64,000 nt of DNA from the human T2T-CHM13v2.0 reference genome, Homo sapiens. A model generated the notes under the pieces. That model made no database searches. It worked only from the letters and a program-made list of their open reading frames with translations, and was not told where the DNA came from. The position numbers and the translations under genes were made by a program. Below, piece after piece: positions 1-10,670 of this stretch (the stretch's first letter is position 1; each line of letters opens with the position of its first letter). The stretch lies in assembly GCF_009914755.1 (NCBI RefSeq), contig NC_060927.1; one strand, 5' to 3'.

Positions 1-200
1 GGGAGAGGGGAAGAACAACCTTCAGAGTGGGTAGGAACCATGCAATCTGCTGCCAGTGGCTGGAACATAGACAGAAGAAGAGGGATGAGTAGCTCGCTTG
101 CTGAGTCTGCTTGGGCTCTCTCTCTCCCGCTGTGTGGTGCTGGACACTTGACTTCCTCTCCTCCTGCCCTTGGACATCAGACTCAACCTTCGGACTCTGA
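1..200 (+). mobile_element. ERVL LTR fragment (MLT2-like)
   Basis: CTCCTGCCCTTGGACATCAGACTC and preceding sequence resemble recalled MLT2 consensus. Confidence 0.6.
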
Positions 201-229
201 GACTTGCATAACAAGTGTCATTATAATCC

Positions 230-690
230 TCCAGCATGAATGTCAACACAGACCTTAACTCTGATAAGAAACATGTACAATCTATTCTCTCTAAAGCCTG
301 CTACTTGGACGCCTCATCTCCCTGGTAAAACCTAGGTCTCCACAACACCTTATTGTAATCCAGATATTCCTTTCTATTGATAAAAACTTTTTCAACCAAT
401 TGCCAATCAGAATATGTTTAAATCTACCTATGACCTGGAACCCCCCGCCACTGCCACCACCCTGCTCCCCACGACCTCTCTTCAAGTTGTCCTGCCTTAC
501 CAAATGGAACCAATGTAAATCTCACATGTGTTGATTGATGTATTATGTTTTTCTAAAATGTATAAAAGCAAGCTGTTCACCTTGTGAACATGTCGTCAGG
601 ACTTCCTGAGGCTGTGTCATAGGTGCGTCCTTAACCTTGGCAAAATAAACTTTCTAAATTGAGACTTGTCTCAGATACTTTTTGGTTTAA
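230..690 (+). mobile_element. ERV1 LTR 3' part (MER4 family)
   Basis: AATGTATAAAAGC TATA and AACCTTGGCAAAATAAACTTTCTAAATTGAGACTTGTCTCAGATAC end are typical of MER4-group LTRs. Confidence 0.75.
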
Positions 691-691
691 A

Positions 692-848
692 ACTTACTGA
701 TTGAGAATCCAAAATCTGAAAACCCCAAATCTGAAATGCTTCAATGAGCATTTCCTTTGAGTGTCATGTTAGTGTTCAAAAAATTTCAGATTTTGAAGCA
801 TATTGGATTTTGGATTTTTGGATTATGGATTAGGGATACTCAACCTAT
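692..848. mobile_element. Tigger4a/MER46-like MITE, partial
   Basis: GAGCATTTCCTTTGAGTGTCATGTT..GGATTAGGGATACTCAACCT terminal inverted-repeat end; homologous to the copy at 18594-18823. Confidence 0.75.
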
Positions 849-1133
849 ACATAGTGTTATTCTCCCCCATCACTAACATGTAAAAGTTAGAGGTTGTTCA
901 GTGATTACATCTTTTAAAAATTATAATAAAATATTATAAATTCAGTCTCATATTTTGGAATTTGTAATAATGGAGAAATTGTACAAGTATTATTATCGTA
1001 ATTTTATTTCATCTTTTCTATTGTATTTGCTGGGATTCTATGTTAACATATTATTTGTACTTTTAAAACTTTTTGTTGAAGGAAATACACAGGCAGAAAT
1101 AGGCACAGATTATAATGTATAGCTGAATGAATC

Positions 1134-1852
1134 TGTTACAGTGGTAATTAGGCAAGAGCTGGACAGGAGAGGGCTTCCCCTACCCACCAGGAATGTCAGG
1201 CAACCATCAGGTGATGGTCTGGCAGTTGTCACATCACCTTTCTAAAAATAATAATTGGTTGCAGGCACCAGGGAGAGGCAATTTCCCAATGGATAAAAAC
1301 ACTTGAAATTGGTAATCAACAACTTCCAATAAAATCTCAGGAATTGGGCGAGTGGGCTTGAGTATGTACATTGAAAGGTAAAATGGCAGACTTTAACTGG
1401 TTATATGACCTTCCGGGAGCATTCCACCGGAAAAGGGAAAAAAGCCTCAGGTGGCCATGCATACAACTTCTTAAACACACTGCACCTGCTCATCTCTCAA
1501 GCGCAAGGACAGCATCATGCATGTGGGCTGCCCACTCTAAGGGAAGAATCATGAAAAAAGGAATGCGGAGACACCCGAAATATGCCAACATATAAAACCC
1601 CAAGTCAAAAGGTCAAACACCACATTTGACCTCCACAGTTCTTGCCTGGGTCTCTTCCAAGTGTACTTTCCTTTCTTTCCTGCTCTAAAGCTTTAAAATA
1701 AACTTCTACTCCTGCTCTGAAACTTGCTTCAGTCTCTTTTTCTGCCTTATGCCCCTCAGTCAAATTCTTTCTGCCGAGAAGGCAAGAATTGAGGTTGCTG
1801 CAGACCTGTATCTATTTGCCACCAGTAACTCAGATATTCACTACCCCTAACA
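1134..1852 (+). mobile_element. Solo ERV1 LTR (MER50-like) inserted in an old L1 3' fragment
   Basis: TGTTA...TAACA termini, flanks AATC/AATT, TATAAAA near 1591, AATAAA near 1697; host sequence resumes across the element. Confidence 0.8.
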
Positions 1853-2039
1853 AATTTTACAAAGTGAACACTAAATTTTTATTTCATTTACTAAATGATG
1901 TCTTTATATTGTAAATTAAGGGTGAAGCAGAATCGCAGGTGTAATGTTTCAAATTTGATACATTGGCTGTTTCAGATACAAACCATTTCTTATTGCTTCA
2001 CTCAATTCCTATTAAGGATCTTCACCAGAGAATAACAGG

Positions 2040-2265
2040 GCCTACAATCATTATAGTATTTTGCAGTTTACTAAACACTTCTATGTACCTTATCTCAGTC
2101 AATTCTCATAACAATTTTCTGAGGTAGGGATTATTACATAGTTTTAGAAAGGAGGAAAGGAGCTTTTAGAAAGGCTCAGAGTGGTAAAGCAAATCCTTAG
2201 GGTCACAGAATCTATCAGTCACAAATCTCAGACTTGAAACAAGGACTTTAGAGTCCATGTCTTCC
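2040..2265 (-). mobile_element. MIR
   Basis: CTCATAACAA..TGAGGTAGG..AGGCTCAGAG..GGTCACAG core. Confidence 0.65.
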
Positions 2266-2299
2266 ACCGACTCTCCTAGGCATACTGCTTTCTACATGG

Positions 2300-2690
2300 C
2301 GCATGCTGTGGCTGTGAGGTACTGCCCAGATCCCCCTCAAGGAATGAAGTACTTATCCCACAACAGCAGGGAGTGCTGCTGGCAGAAAGCCCTCAGTTTC
2401 ATCTACTTCTGGGACTGCCTTGGCTGAAGAGAGAAATATCACCCAATGCTATGTCCTTTTCCTGGGACAGTCACATCCAATGACTCATCGATGAGCAAAG
2501 TCCCCCTCGGGAAAACTCAGAATGGTCATTTCAGCTTCAGAGCTTCCCACAGGGTTAGCTGAGGCTTCCACTAGACTGCACGGCAGCACAGCTCCCTTCT
2601 GCCCAATGGTGCTTCTGCCCTTCTATTCCACAGGTGTTGATTCTAAGAGGATACCCTAATACACCTCCCCTGCACTAATCTCCAATATTA
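2300..2690. mobile_element. ERVL LTR (LTR16-like)
   Basis: GCTGTGG..CTGCCCAGATCCCCCTCA start and CACAGGTGTTGAT resemble recalled LTR16 consensus. Confidence 0.55.
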
Positions 2691-2794
2691 TCTTGATATC
2701 CCCAAATGTGCTATCACATTTGATAGTGTGAAAAATATCACAGTATGCATTTGAAAGTTCTGTGTAGAATTTCATTATTTCATTGATTAGCAGA

Positions 2795-3102
2795 TTTTTT
2801 TTTTTTTTTTTTGAGACAGGGTCTCCCTTTTTCACCCAGGCTGGAGTGCAGTAGTGCAATCTTGGCTCACTGTAGCCTTGACCTCCTAAGCTCAAGTGAT
2901 CCTTCTGCCTCAGTGTCCTGAGTAGCTACGACTACAGGTGCATACCACCATGCCTGGCTAATTTGATTGTTTTATATTTATTTTTTATTTTTTAGAGGTG
3001 GGGGTCTCAACATGTTGTCCAGGATAACCTGGCCTCAGTCGATCCTCCCACCTTGGCCATCCAAAGTGTTGGGATTACAGGCATGAGCCATTATGTTCGG
3101 CC
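2795..3102 (-). mobile_element. Alu (J-like)
   Basis: Poly-T followed by reverse-complement dimeric Alu. Confidence 0.95.
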
Positions 3103-3814
3103 AGGAATTCCATTTTAATACCATGGTTAAACACATAGAAATGAAGTTTGTAAACATATACTAAGGCTTAGATTTGAATACAGATAGATATCCTCAGTGC
3201 AAGGACTATGGGAGCTGAAAATAATCTCACCTATTATTTTCAGGTGAGATTTGAGGTTAAATAAAAAGTGCAAAGTGAGTTTCCCTCTGGTATTGTTTGC
3301 CAATATTATCCCACTCAGTCCAATCCTAGCAAGCTCATTCAGGCTCGTGAGAGAGGTAGTTGAAATCAAGAACTTACTTTTGACATCTGGAAATCTTAGT
3401 GGTGGGGGCTGGCAGATGAAGAGAGAAATATAGGTGCCTTCTACTACAGAAGTATTTCATTTATCAAAAGGTTGTGGATAGGAATAGACGGCCTCAGCCT
3501 CAGAAGGGGAGGTAGGCTGCTATGGTGAGGGTCTGGGTTCAGAAACAAACTGTATTTCACGTCCCAGTTCTATCAATTATTTGCTATAGGACTTTCAACA
3601 AATTGCCTAATCTAATCCAGCCTCATCTGTAATATGTAAGGTCCATGAGGGCAGGGACCATATCTGTGCTGTTATTATCATACATCAAGTGCTTAAGAAG
3701 CCTGGTATTCAGAGCCAAATCAAATAATTGTAGAAGGAATGTGTTAAAAAATGAGCAGCCTTTGACATTTAGAAGCTGGTCTGGTACTTGCAGCTATGCC
3801 ATAATATTTTCCTA

Positions 3815-4320
3815 TTAGACAGAAATAATTTCACAGAATACTAAACTCAGACAAGATTACTCTGAAACCATGATAAAATGAGGCAAAGAAGGTCACTTCA
3901 TAATTTTGTCTAAGCACAGACCAAAATAAGTTCACTATGCCACCCACAAAATACCAAACATTCCCTTTCTTCACCAAAATGAGTGACTGCTACTTCTTTG
4001 CTAATTGCAGCTTTATCCTCCTGCTTCCCTTTGTGTAAATAAGATTTACTGAGACATCCAATCACAGAATTGCCCCTGCTTTCTGACAGCATCCAATCTA
4101 TAGAAAAACCTCTATTTTCTTAGGGCCTCCCCGAAAACACCCGCCCAAAGCCCCAATCCTATGATAGGTTTGTTCTAAACACCCTCTTACTGAGATACCC
4201 AAAGGGTATCCATGGTGAGTGTCTGGGCTCACTTCGAAGAGTAATAAATAGACAGAAGCTGCTTAACTACAGCTGTGTTCCTAGTGGTGTTTGGTTGAGG
4301 GCATAGGCAGTGTGAATAGA
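3815..4320 (+). mobile_element. ERV1-type LTR (MER67-like)
   Basis: CCAATCACAGAATT, CCCAATCCTAT and AGTAATAAA layout resemble MER67-group LTRs; subfamily uncertain. Confidence 0.5.
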
Positions 4321-4636
4321 AAAAACGGGGAGAAAAACACTGTCTCTTCAGAGTTGTGGTGGGTATTAAATGGATAATTAATTTACCAATATATATTGAG
4401 GGTCTGTTTTGTGTCAGCTGCTGTGCTAGGTGCACCAAGAAGAACAAGACCCGAATTGCTCTCCAGGGTTTTGAAACTGCTGGGCATGCAGAGTAGAAAA
4501 TTTATGATCCAATTCAAAGCACTATTATAGAGGCATATACCTCGTATAAAGGTGTTATCATAGAACCATATATCCAGAAGGAGCATGTAACTCCTCTGGC
4601 CCTTAGGGACCGAAGGAGTCAGAAAAGAGAGGATGT

Positions 4637-5060
4637 ATGGTGGACAGGATAATGGCTCTGCAAAGATGTCCTATTCCCTGAAATCTGTGAATATATTACC
4701 TAACATGGCAAACGAACTTTACAGATGTGATTAAATTTCTTGAGATGGAGAGATTATTCTGGATTATTTGGTTGGGCCCAGTGAAATCACAAGTGTCCTT
4801 GTAAGAGGGGTGCGGGGGGGTGGGGGTGAGAAAAGGAGACTCTGACTGCAAAATGATGTGGGACCACAAGCCAAGGAATGTGGGCAGCGTGTAGAAGTTG
4901 GAAAGGGCCAGGGAATGGATTTTCTCCTGGAGCCTCCAGAGTCAGCCCTCACCATCTATTTAGACCTGTAGCTTCCAGAACTGGAAGAGAACAAATTTGT
5001 GTTTTCTAAGCCAACTAAATCAGTGATAATTTGTTAGAGCAGCACTAGGAAACTAATTCA
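4637..5060 (+). mobile_element. MaLR LTR (MLT1C/D-like)
   Basis: ATAATGGC..AAAGATGTCC..CAGATGTGATTAA..GATGGGAGATTATTCTGGATTAT..AGCAGCACTAGGAAACTAAT. Confidence 0.85.
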
Positions 5061-5829
5061 GGCTTAATCTTTAGTGCCGAGTCCCGGGTAGAAGCAAAGG
5101 AAGACTATTTTCTGTGAGGACCTGCCAGTTGGTCTTCATGGCTTGCGAGTACGTGTGCTTGGGAGTAGGACAGGATATGTGGAGATCAGATCCTGAAAGG
5201 TCTTCTTTCCACACAAAGAAACTGGAAATAATGCTGAAGGTAATCAGAGGCCACTGAAGGATTAAAAGCAGGGGAGTGTGACAAAATCAGAACTGCATTT
5301 CAGAAGGATGAATTGAAGTCTACAAGTAGAGACAACAGACGAGAGGCTACTTAAGTATTCTGGGCAAGAAATGATGAGAGGCTGTCTCTGATCACCCTCT
5401 ACAAAACGCCTTTGCTTATTCCTTGAAATTTGGGATGAGAGGATTTAGAAAAAAAAATGGTTGTACTCTTCAAATATTTGAAAGGCTGTCATGAGACAGA
5501 TTAGACACGGTCTGTGCTGCTCCAAGTTTGAGGGATAAATCAGTCATAAGAAGATATTAAATGCACTATCCGGAAGCACATAATTAATAATTTGTCTAAA
5601 AATCGCATAGACTTCTTCACAGATAATTATGCTTTACATTTCATTCTTTCAACAAATAATCATTTGAGCAGTTAGCATGTGGCAGGCATCAGGCCTGTAT
5701 ATGACGGTGAACCAAACAGACAAAAGGCACTGCCCTGGATGGAGTTTCTTTGCATAAGGTACCGTTTACAGATAACTTTTATATAAAATAATCATTTAAT
5801 CAAGAAGCAAGCTCACAGTCGGGATAGCT

Positions 5830-6560
5830 GAAAAGAGACTAATATACGGGCGAGGTTGGTTTGGAGTAAACCCTGGCCTGGGAAAATCGAGACGATAACT
5901 GAAAAGCAGTCACTGACGGCAAATGAGCCCCTGGGACTTCTCTCCGCGAGCTTTCCCAGCCACCAGGCCGCTCCCATCACCCTTCCGCCCGTCGGTGCCG
6001 CCCCTTTCCTCGTCCCCACCCCGTCCCTTTTAATACGTCACTCGGGCCGCGGGATTTCGAGCATTTCGCTCGCGAGATCTTCTCTGTGGCGGAGACAGCC
6101 AGGTTGGCAGCTGACGGGACAGCCGGGGTCTATTTTGTTGCGGGTTTTCAGCAAATCCAGGGCTGGTCTGGAGGCGCGAAGTAGGTTCCGGAGTCCGAGA
6201 CCTGGGCTGTCGGCCGCGGGCCCCTGAGTAGCGGATGGGGCGGGCTCCCCGGCCTCGGGGCCGTGCTCAGTCTGCGTGAGCGCCGCGTGCCCGGAACCCG
6301 TGTGCGGTCGCGCCCCGGGGTTGGGGGTCGGCGTGGGTGGCCCTCGGGCGCCGGGACGCCGTCCGGAGACTCCTGTGGCGTGGGTCTGAGGCGCGGTGGT
6401 CCGGTGCGGTCCCTGGGCTGGTGGAGAGCGGGAGGGCCCGGGCGTCCACAATCCCGAGCTGACCTCGCCCTTGGTCGTCCAGGGTTGGAGCCCAGGTGAG
6501 ATGGAGGTCAGCGGCAGAGCTGGGTGGCCCGAGGGTCTTGCAGCTGGGAAGCTCAGGAAA
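5830..6560 (+). promoter_or_regulatory. NMD3: CpG-island promoter of NMD3
   Basis: Sharp rise in GC and CpG density versus flanks; no obvious TATA; CTCGCGAGA at 6069-6077, CRE-like TACGTCA at 6034-6040, ETS-like CTTCCG near 5982; lies directly upstream of the first coding exon. Confidence 0.92.
6060..6180 (+). other. NMD3: NMD3 exon 1 (5' UTR; start approximate)
   Basis: ATG-free GC-rich segment ending at donor GAA|GTAGGT (6180/6181). The TSS cannot be fixed from sequence. Confidence 0.7.
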
Positions 6561-6724
6561 TCCCATGGTCCTCATCTTAAAGTTCTTTTTAACGAACTTA
6601 CCCAGTGGAGTTGGGTTTCCTTCTTTCCTGCTTTTTCGAAGTTCTGTGAATATATTAATTATTCAGAGAGACTGGAGGAAGACGTAAAAAGAGGAGACTA
6701 GGTAAAGTGATTTAAATCCCAACA

Positions 6725-6766
<42 letters not shown>

Positions 6767-6784
6767 CTTAAGGCATACAGAACG

Positions 6785-6828
6785 ATGGAGTATATGGCAG
6801 AATCCACCGACCGCAGCCCTGGACACAT
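6785..6828 (+). CDS. NMD3: NMD3 coding exon 2 (exon probably starts 6765): MEYMAESTDRSPGH(I)
   Basis: T30-AAAAG acceptor; strong Kozak aacgATGG; donor AT|GTGAGT; 44 nt; matches recalled human NMD3 N-terminus. Confidence 0.96.
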
Positions 6829-7111
6829 GTGAGTGCGACACTTCTTCCTTCCCCCTTAAATGTGAAAATCTTCAGTGAGCCCGGGAAACTCACTATGGAG
6901 AACGCTTGAGGGTGGGTGGGAAAGAGCGTATATTGTCATAAATGGGAAAAAATAGAAGTCTTATTTCTGTAGAAAATCGAATTAGTTTCTGGTTATAAAG
7001 CTTGTTCTAGTAAATATAAGCTCTAAGAGGGTTAAAATATTTACCATACATCCTTTTAGATCGGCACTGTCCAATATGTAGCCATTAGCTACGTGTGGCT
7101 ATTTAAATTTA

Positions 7112-7252
7112 CTTTTTACTTACTTTTTTTTTTTGAGACGGAATCTCGCTCTGTTGCCCAGGCTGGAGTGCAGTAGTGTGATCTCGGCTCACTGCAACCT
7201 CCACCTCCCGGGTTCAAGCAATTCCCTGCCTCAGCCTCCCGAGTAGCTCGGA
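7112..7252 (-). mobile_element. 5'-truncated Alu (right arm only)
   Basis: T-rich tail plus GAGACGGAATCTCGCTCTG..GAGTAGCT, ending abruptly. Confidence 0.9.
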
Positions 7253-7360
7253 TGACTTCCTGATTTTTATTGGAGATTATAATGTAGTAATTTTTAAATT
7301 TTGAACATCTTAAATCTTAGTTATCAATTTTTAATTTCTTGCATTTAAGTTCAAATTAAC

Positions 7361-7980
7361 TTTTTTTTTTTTGCTGTTAAATAGGTTTAATGATACAGTG
7401 CTCTTCAAAGAGATTACTACAGAGACTTTTAAACGATAATCCTGGAATCGTTCAGCACAGACCAATTAGCTAAATCTAAAATAAATTGGCTTCTTACCAC
7501 AACTACCCTGTAAACATTGTAGTCCTTCTGTCTAGAATGACCCTAATCTCACAGGAAAACAGTAACTATGGAGAAACTAGCTTTGTGGCCAAAAGTAAAA
7601 ACCAAAGGAAAAATAGGAATTCAGTGGTTAGTGAAAGCAGGAAATTTGGCCCCCTTCCCTGTGATGCTTTACTCTTCCCTTGTCCATCAGTTAGCTCAGT
7701 GGGTTTGAATAAGCCATCTGAAAATGTCTTTGGAGCTCAGCATAGTGCTGATCTTCCTTGTTCTATCAGTAGCTTTTAACAGACACTTGTCTAAGGGCTC
7801 AAAGCCCTTCACAGAACCCTTTCTTGGAATGGGTTGTTTGACCATTATACTTCCCTCCGGACAACCAGCACTTCTGGAAGAGCCTGGTTAGCTCTGTCAG
7901 GAACTGCTTTCTTTCCAGGTGGTACCGCTGGCTCCACTCTGTCAACATAAACCCCAAGCAGTTTAAGTTGGAAGTTTCCT
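7361..7980 (-). pseudogene. SRP14 processed pseudogene (antisense, in NMD3 intron 2)
   Basis: Reverse strand translates to LERKQFLTELTRLFQKCWLSG / KYNGQT / PIPRKGSVKGFEPLDKCLLKATDRTRKISTMLSSKD / FQMAYSNPL, matching SRP14 (..LESEQFLTELTRLFQKCRTSG..KYDGRTKPIPKKGTVEGFEPADNKCLLRATDGKKKISTVVSSKE..FQMAYSNLL). Intronless, with frameshifts, lost ATG, SRP14-like 3' UTR, ATTAAA (7391-7386), A12 tail (7372-7361) and TSD AAATTAA (7353-7359 / 7981-7987). Confidence 0.93.
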
Positions 7981-8959
7981 AAATTAATTTAAATGGAATA
8001 AAATTAAATACTTGGTTGCTCGTTTGTACTAGCCATGTTGCCACATGTGGCTAGTGGCTACCATTGGACATGGAAGATTATTGAACTTTTATTTTGGACA
8101 ATGTTGTTCTACATTAGGGGTTCTCAGACTTTTTCTGCCCCCAGTACATCTCGAATTATGATAGTTCCGTCATTTATACTGAGTCTCTAGATGTTGATAG
8201 ACTTCCTATACTGTTAAAAAAAAAATTCTGCTATGGGTAAATGTTTATATTTCAGCAGTCCTTATGCTTTTTTTTTTTAATTGCCTTTGGAGTATATTGG
8301 CGTCTGATTCTGTTAGAAATGATTTAGATATTAGTTTCTATTGGTGTAGTCCAGAGATATACTTGAAGAAATGTTCATTAGAGATAAGTAGACAGCTGTA
8401 GTCTTTTAATGTAGTGACACCATACTGTTCACCTAAGCTATGGTCCTCTGTATGCCCTGAATAAATAGATTTTTGAAGACTTAGTATTTAGAGATGAGGT
8501 GGTTGAATTAAAAAGAGACAAACTGATCTTACATATTCTTGATACAGGATTTTCTTTTTGGTTTTTGCCATTGACACACTATTGCCTTGTTAATTGATTC
8601 TTTCTTGGTTTTCCAATTTTCAACAAGGGATAATGAATAACAGTGCTTCTCAAATTTTTCCCAAGTTTGCTATTACACTTGTGGTTGGGAAGTTTATCTG
8701 TTTATTTGTAAAAGTTAATGTGAATGTTTGTGTCTGCATAGAAAATGTTTGGAAGGATATATACAAATTATTAATAAATGTTATCTTTATGGATAGTGTT
8801 GGTTGGGTGTGGTAAAGAGCACGTTAACATTTTTAATTATATTTCAGTATCTAAAATTAAAATTAGTGCAAGATTTGTATTCTTCATCAATATACCTCCA
8901 TTTGTTTTAATGTGACAATATAGTTTCATTTGCTTTTAATAAAAAAGACTTGTTTAGAC

Positions 8960-9130
8960 CCATACTGGCTATTTAAATGTAAATTTGAATTAAAAAAATA
9001 AATTGAGTTTCTCAGTTGTACTAGTCACTTTTCATGTCCCAGTTGCCACATGTGGCTAGTGGCTACCTTGTTGTACAGACCAGAATAGAACATTTCTGTC
9101 GTGGCATGAAATTCTGTTGGACAGTACTGA
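8960..9130 (+). mobile_element. MER33 fragment
   Basis: GGCTATTTAAAT..GCCACATGTGGCTAGTGGCTACC..TTGGACAGTACTG. Confidence 0.8.
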
Positions 9131-9259
9131 CCTTCTAGAACCTTTAGGACATCGGCCTTATATTGAGGATTTTTAGAATTATAGCCATTTTTGGTGTTTT
9201 TGCCCCTGTATTACAGGGTTATTCTTTATCTACTGCATCTTTGAAGATTGCTTTGTTTC

Positions 9260-9556
9260 TTTTTTTTGTTTCTTTTTTTTGAGACATTGTCTTGGTCTGT
9301 CACCCAGGCTGGAGTGCAGTGGCGTGATCTGGCTCACTGCAACTTCCACCTCCTGGGTTTGATATGCATGCCTCAGCCTCCCAAGTAGCTGGGATTACAG
9401 GCGTGCGCCACCATGCCTGGCTAATTTTTGTATTTTTAGTAGAGATGGGGTTTCACCATGTTGGCGAGGCTGGTCTTGAACTCCTTATCTCAGGTGATCT
9501 ACCCGCCTCAGCCTCCCAAAGTGCTGGAATTACAGGTGTGAGCCACTGGCTGGCCC
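9260..9556 (-). mobile_element. Alu (S-like)
   Basis: Full antisense Alu; TSD TTGCTTTGTTTCT on both sides. Confidence 0.96.
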
Positions 9557-9700
9557 AGGTTGCTTTGTTTCTGTTATTTTTTTGAAAAGGGCAAAGATGC
9601 TGTGGCCTAACTTGAAGGCTTTTGTTTGTTTGGCATCTAAAAAAAAATTTAGTGTATTTTAAAAATCTAATGTGAAAAATTTATCCTTTATTTATTAAAG

Positions 9701-9835
9701 CTTGTGCTGTGAGTGTGGTGTTCCGATAAGTCCAAATCCTGCCAATATTTGTGTGGCCTGTTTGCGAAGTAAAGTGGACATCAGCCAAGGTATTCCGAAA
9801 CAAGTCTCGATTTCGTTCTGCAAACAATGTCAAAG
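9701..9835 (+). CDS. NMD3: NMD3 exon 3: (I)LCCECGVPISPNPANICVACLRSKVDISQGIPKQVSISFCKQCQ(R), Zn-binding CxxC motifs
   Basis: AAG| acceptor, AG|GTACAG donor, 135 nt, phase-compatible; CxxC pairs typical of the NMD3 family. Confidence 0.97.
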
Positions 9836-10579
9836 GTACAGTGCGGTACAATTTTGCTCTTTTTAAAGTTGGAATTTACATTTAGAGAACCACCGAGATA
9901 TGCTGAGATTACACGAAGGTATATGGAGTAAAGTGCATGCAATTAAGGTTTAAATTTTCTGTTGGTGTCGCCAAAGATTTTAGAATTTGCAATTTTATAG
10001 TGTACTTTTCTAGTGTGTCCTTCTAATCTGGTAAAGATAGTGTAAATGTATTTGAATCTGTTCTTCTGTTAAAGGATCTAATAGATTTGATGTATATAGT
10101 TAATAGGAGTTGATGTTTGTAAGGGTGAGAGCAGATTATTGAGGACATATTGTTATTATGAGGTTTTTTTTTCTTTAGTTATTAGAAGCCATGTATGATA
10201 AAAAGCTTATGTTTGGAGTAATTTAGTAATATGTTTTAAAAACTCATAACATTCACGTGTAATTAAAATAACTATTGTTGATGGAAAAGAAGCTCAATAA
10301 ATTATATCTGGAATGGTCTGAAATAAAGATTGGATTTGAAGGAAGAAGACTTCTTCTGAATGTTAATGTTTCATTCCTCTTGATTTTCTTTGTCAGCATA
10401 AACAACTTACATCTATTAGGCCATTGAGTAACACAAAACTGCCTAATGAGTGTAAAAGTGTATGCCTGTTATTTCCAAAATGGATTAAGACGCTAACTTT
10501 TTGAGTGTGTATCTCTAGAGGGGTGGTTCATGGACTCCTTTGAGAATTTGAAAACTGTATCTCTTCCCCAAAATATTTA

Positions 10580-10670
10580 CATACATGTATATATATGTGT
10601 GTGTGTGTGTATATATGTAAAAATATATATGTGTGTGTGTGTATATATACATATATATACACAAACACAT
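10580..10670. repeat. Compound (TA)n/(TG)n microsatellite
   Basis: Visible alternating TA/TG runs. Confidence 0.9.

Larger units (their letters stand above)
7062..8110 (+). mobile_element. MER33 (hAT-Charlie MITE) split by later insertions; pieces at ~7062-7111 and ~7981-8110
   Basis: CACTGTCCAATATGTAGCCA..GTGGCTATTTAAATTT resumes as AAATTAA..CCACATGTGGCTAGTGGCTACC..TTGGACA after the SRP14 retrocopy. Confidence 0.8.

Noticed and set aside
4806-4826. G-run cluster GGGGTGCGGGGGGGTGGGGG (possible G-quadruplex)
   Set aside because: Short, within an MLT1 LTR, needs a split G-run to make four tracts; nothing supports function.
5813-6701. Cluster of 63-137 aa ORFs on both strands at the promoter
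   Set aside because: Expected by-product of stop-poor GC-rich CpG-island sequence; Pro/Arg/Gly-rich with no recognisable domain.
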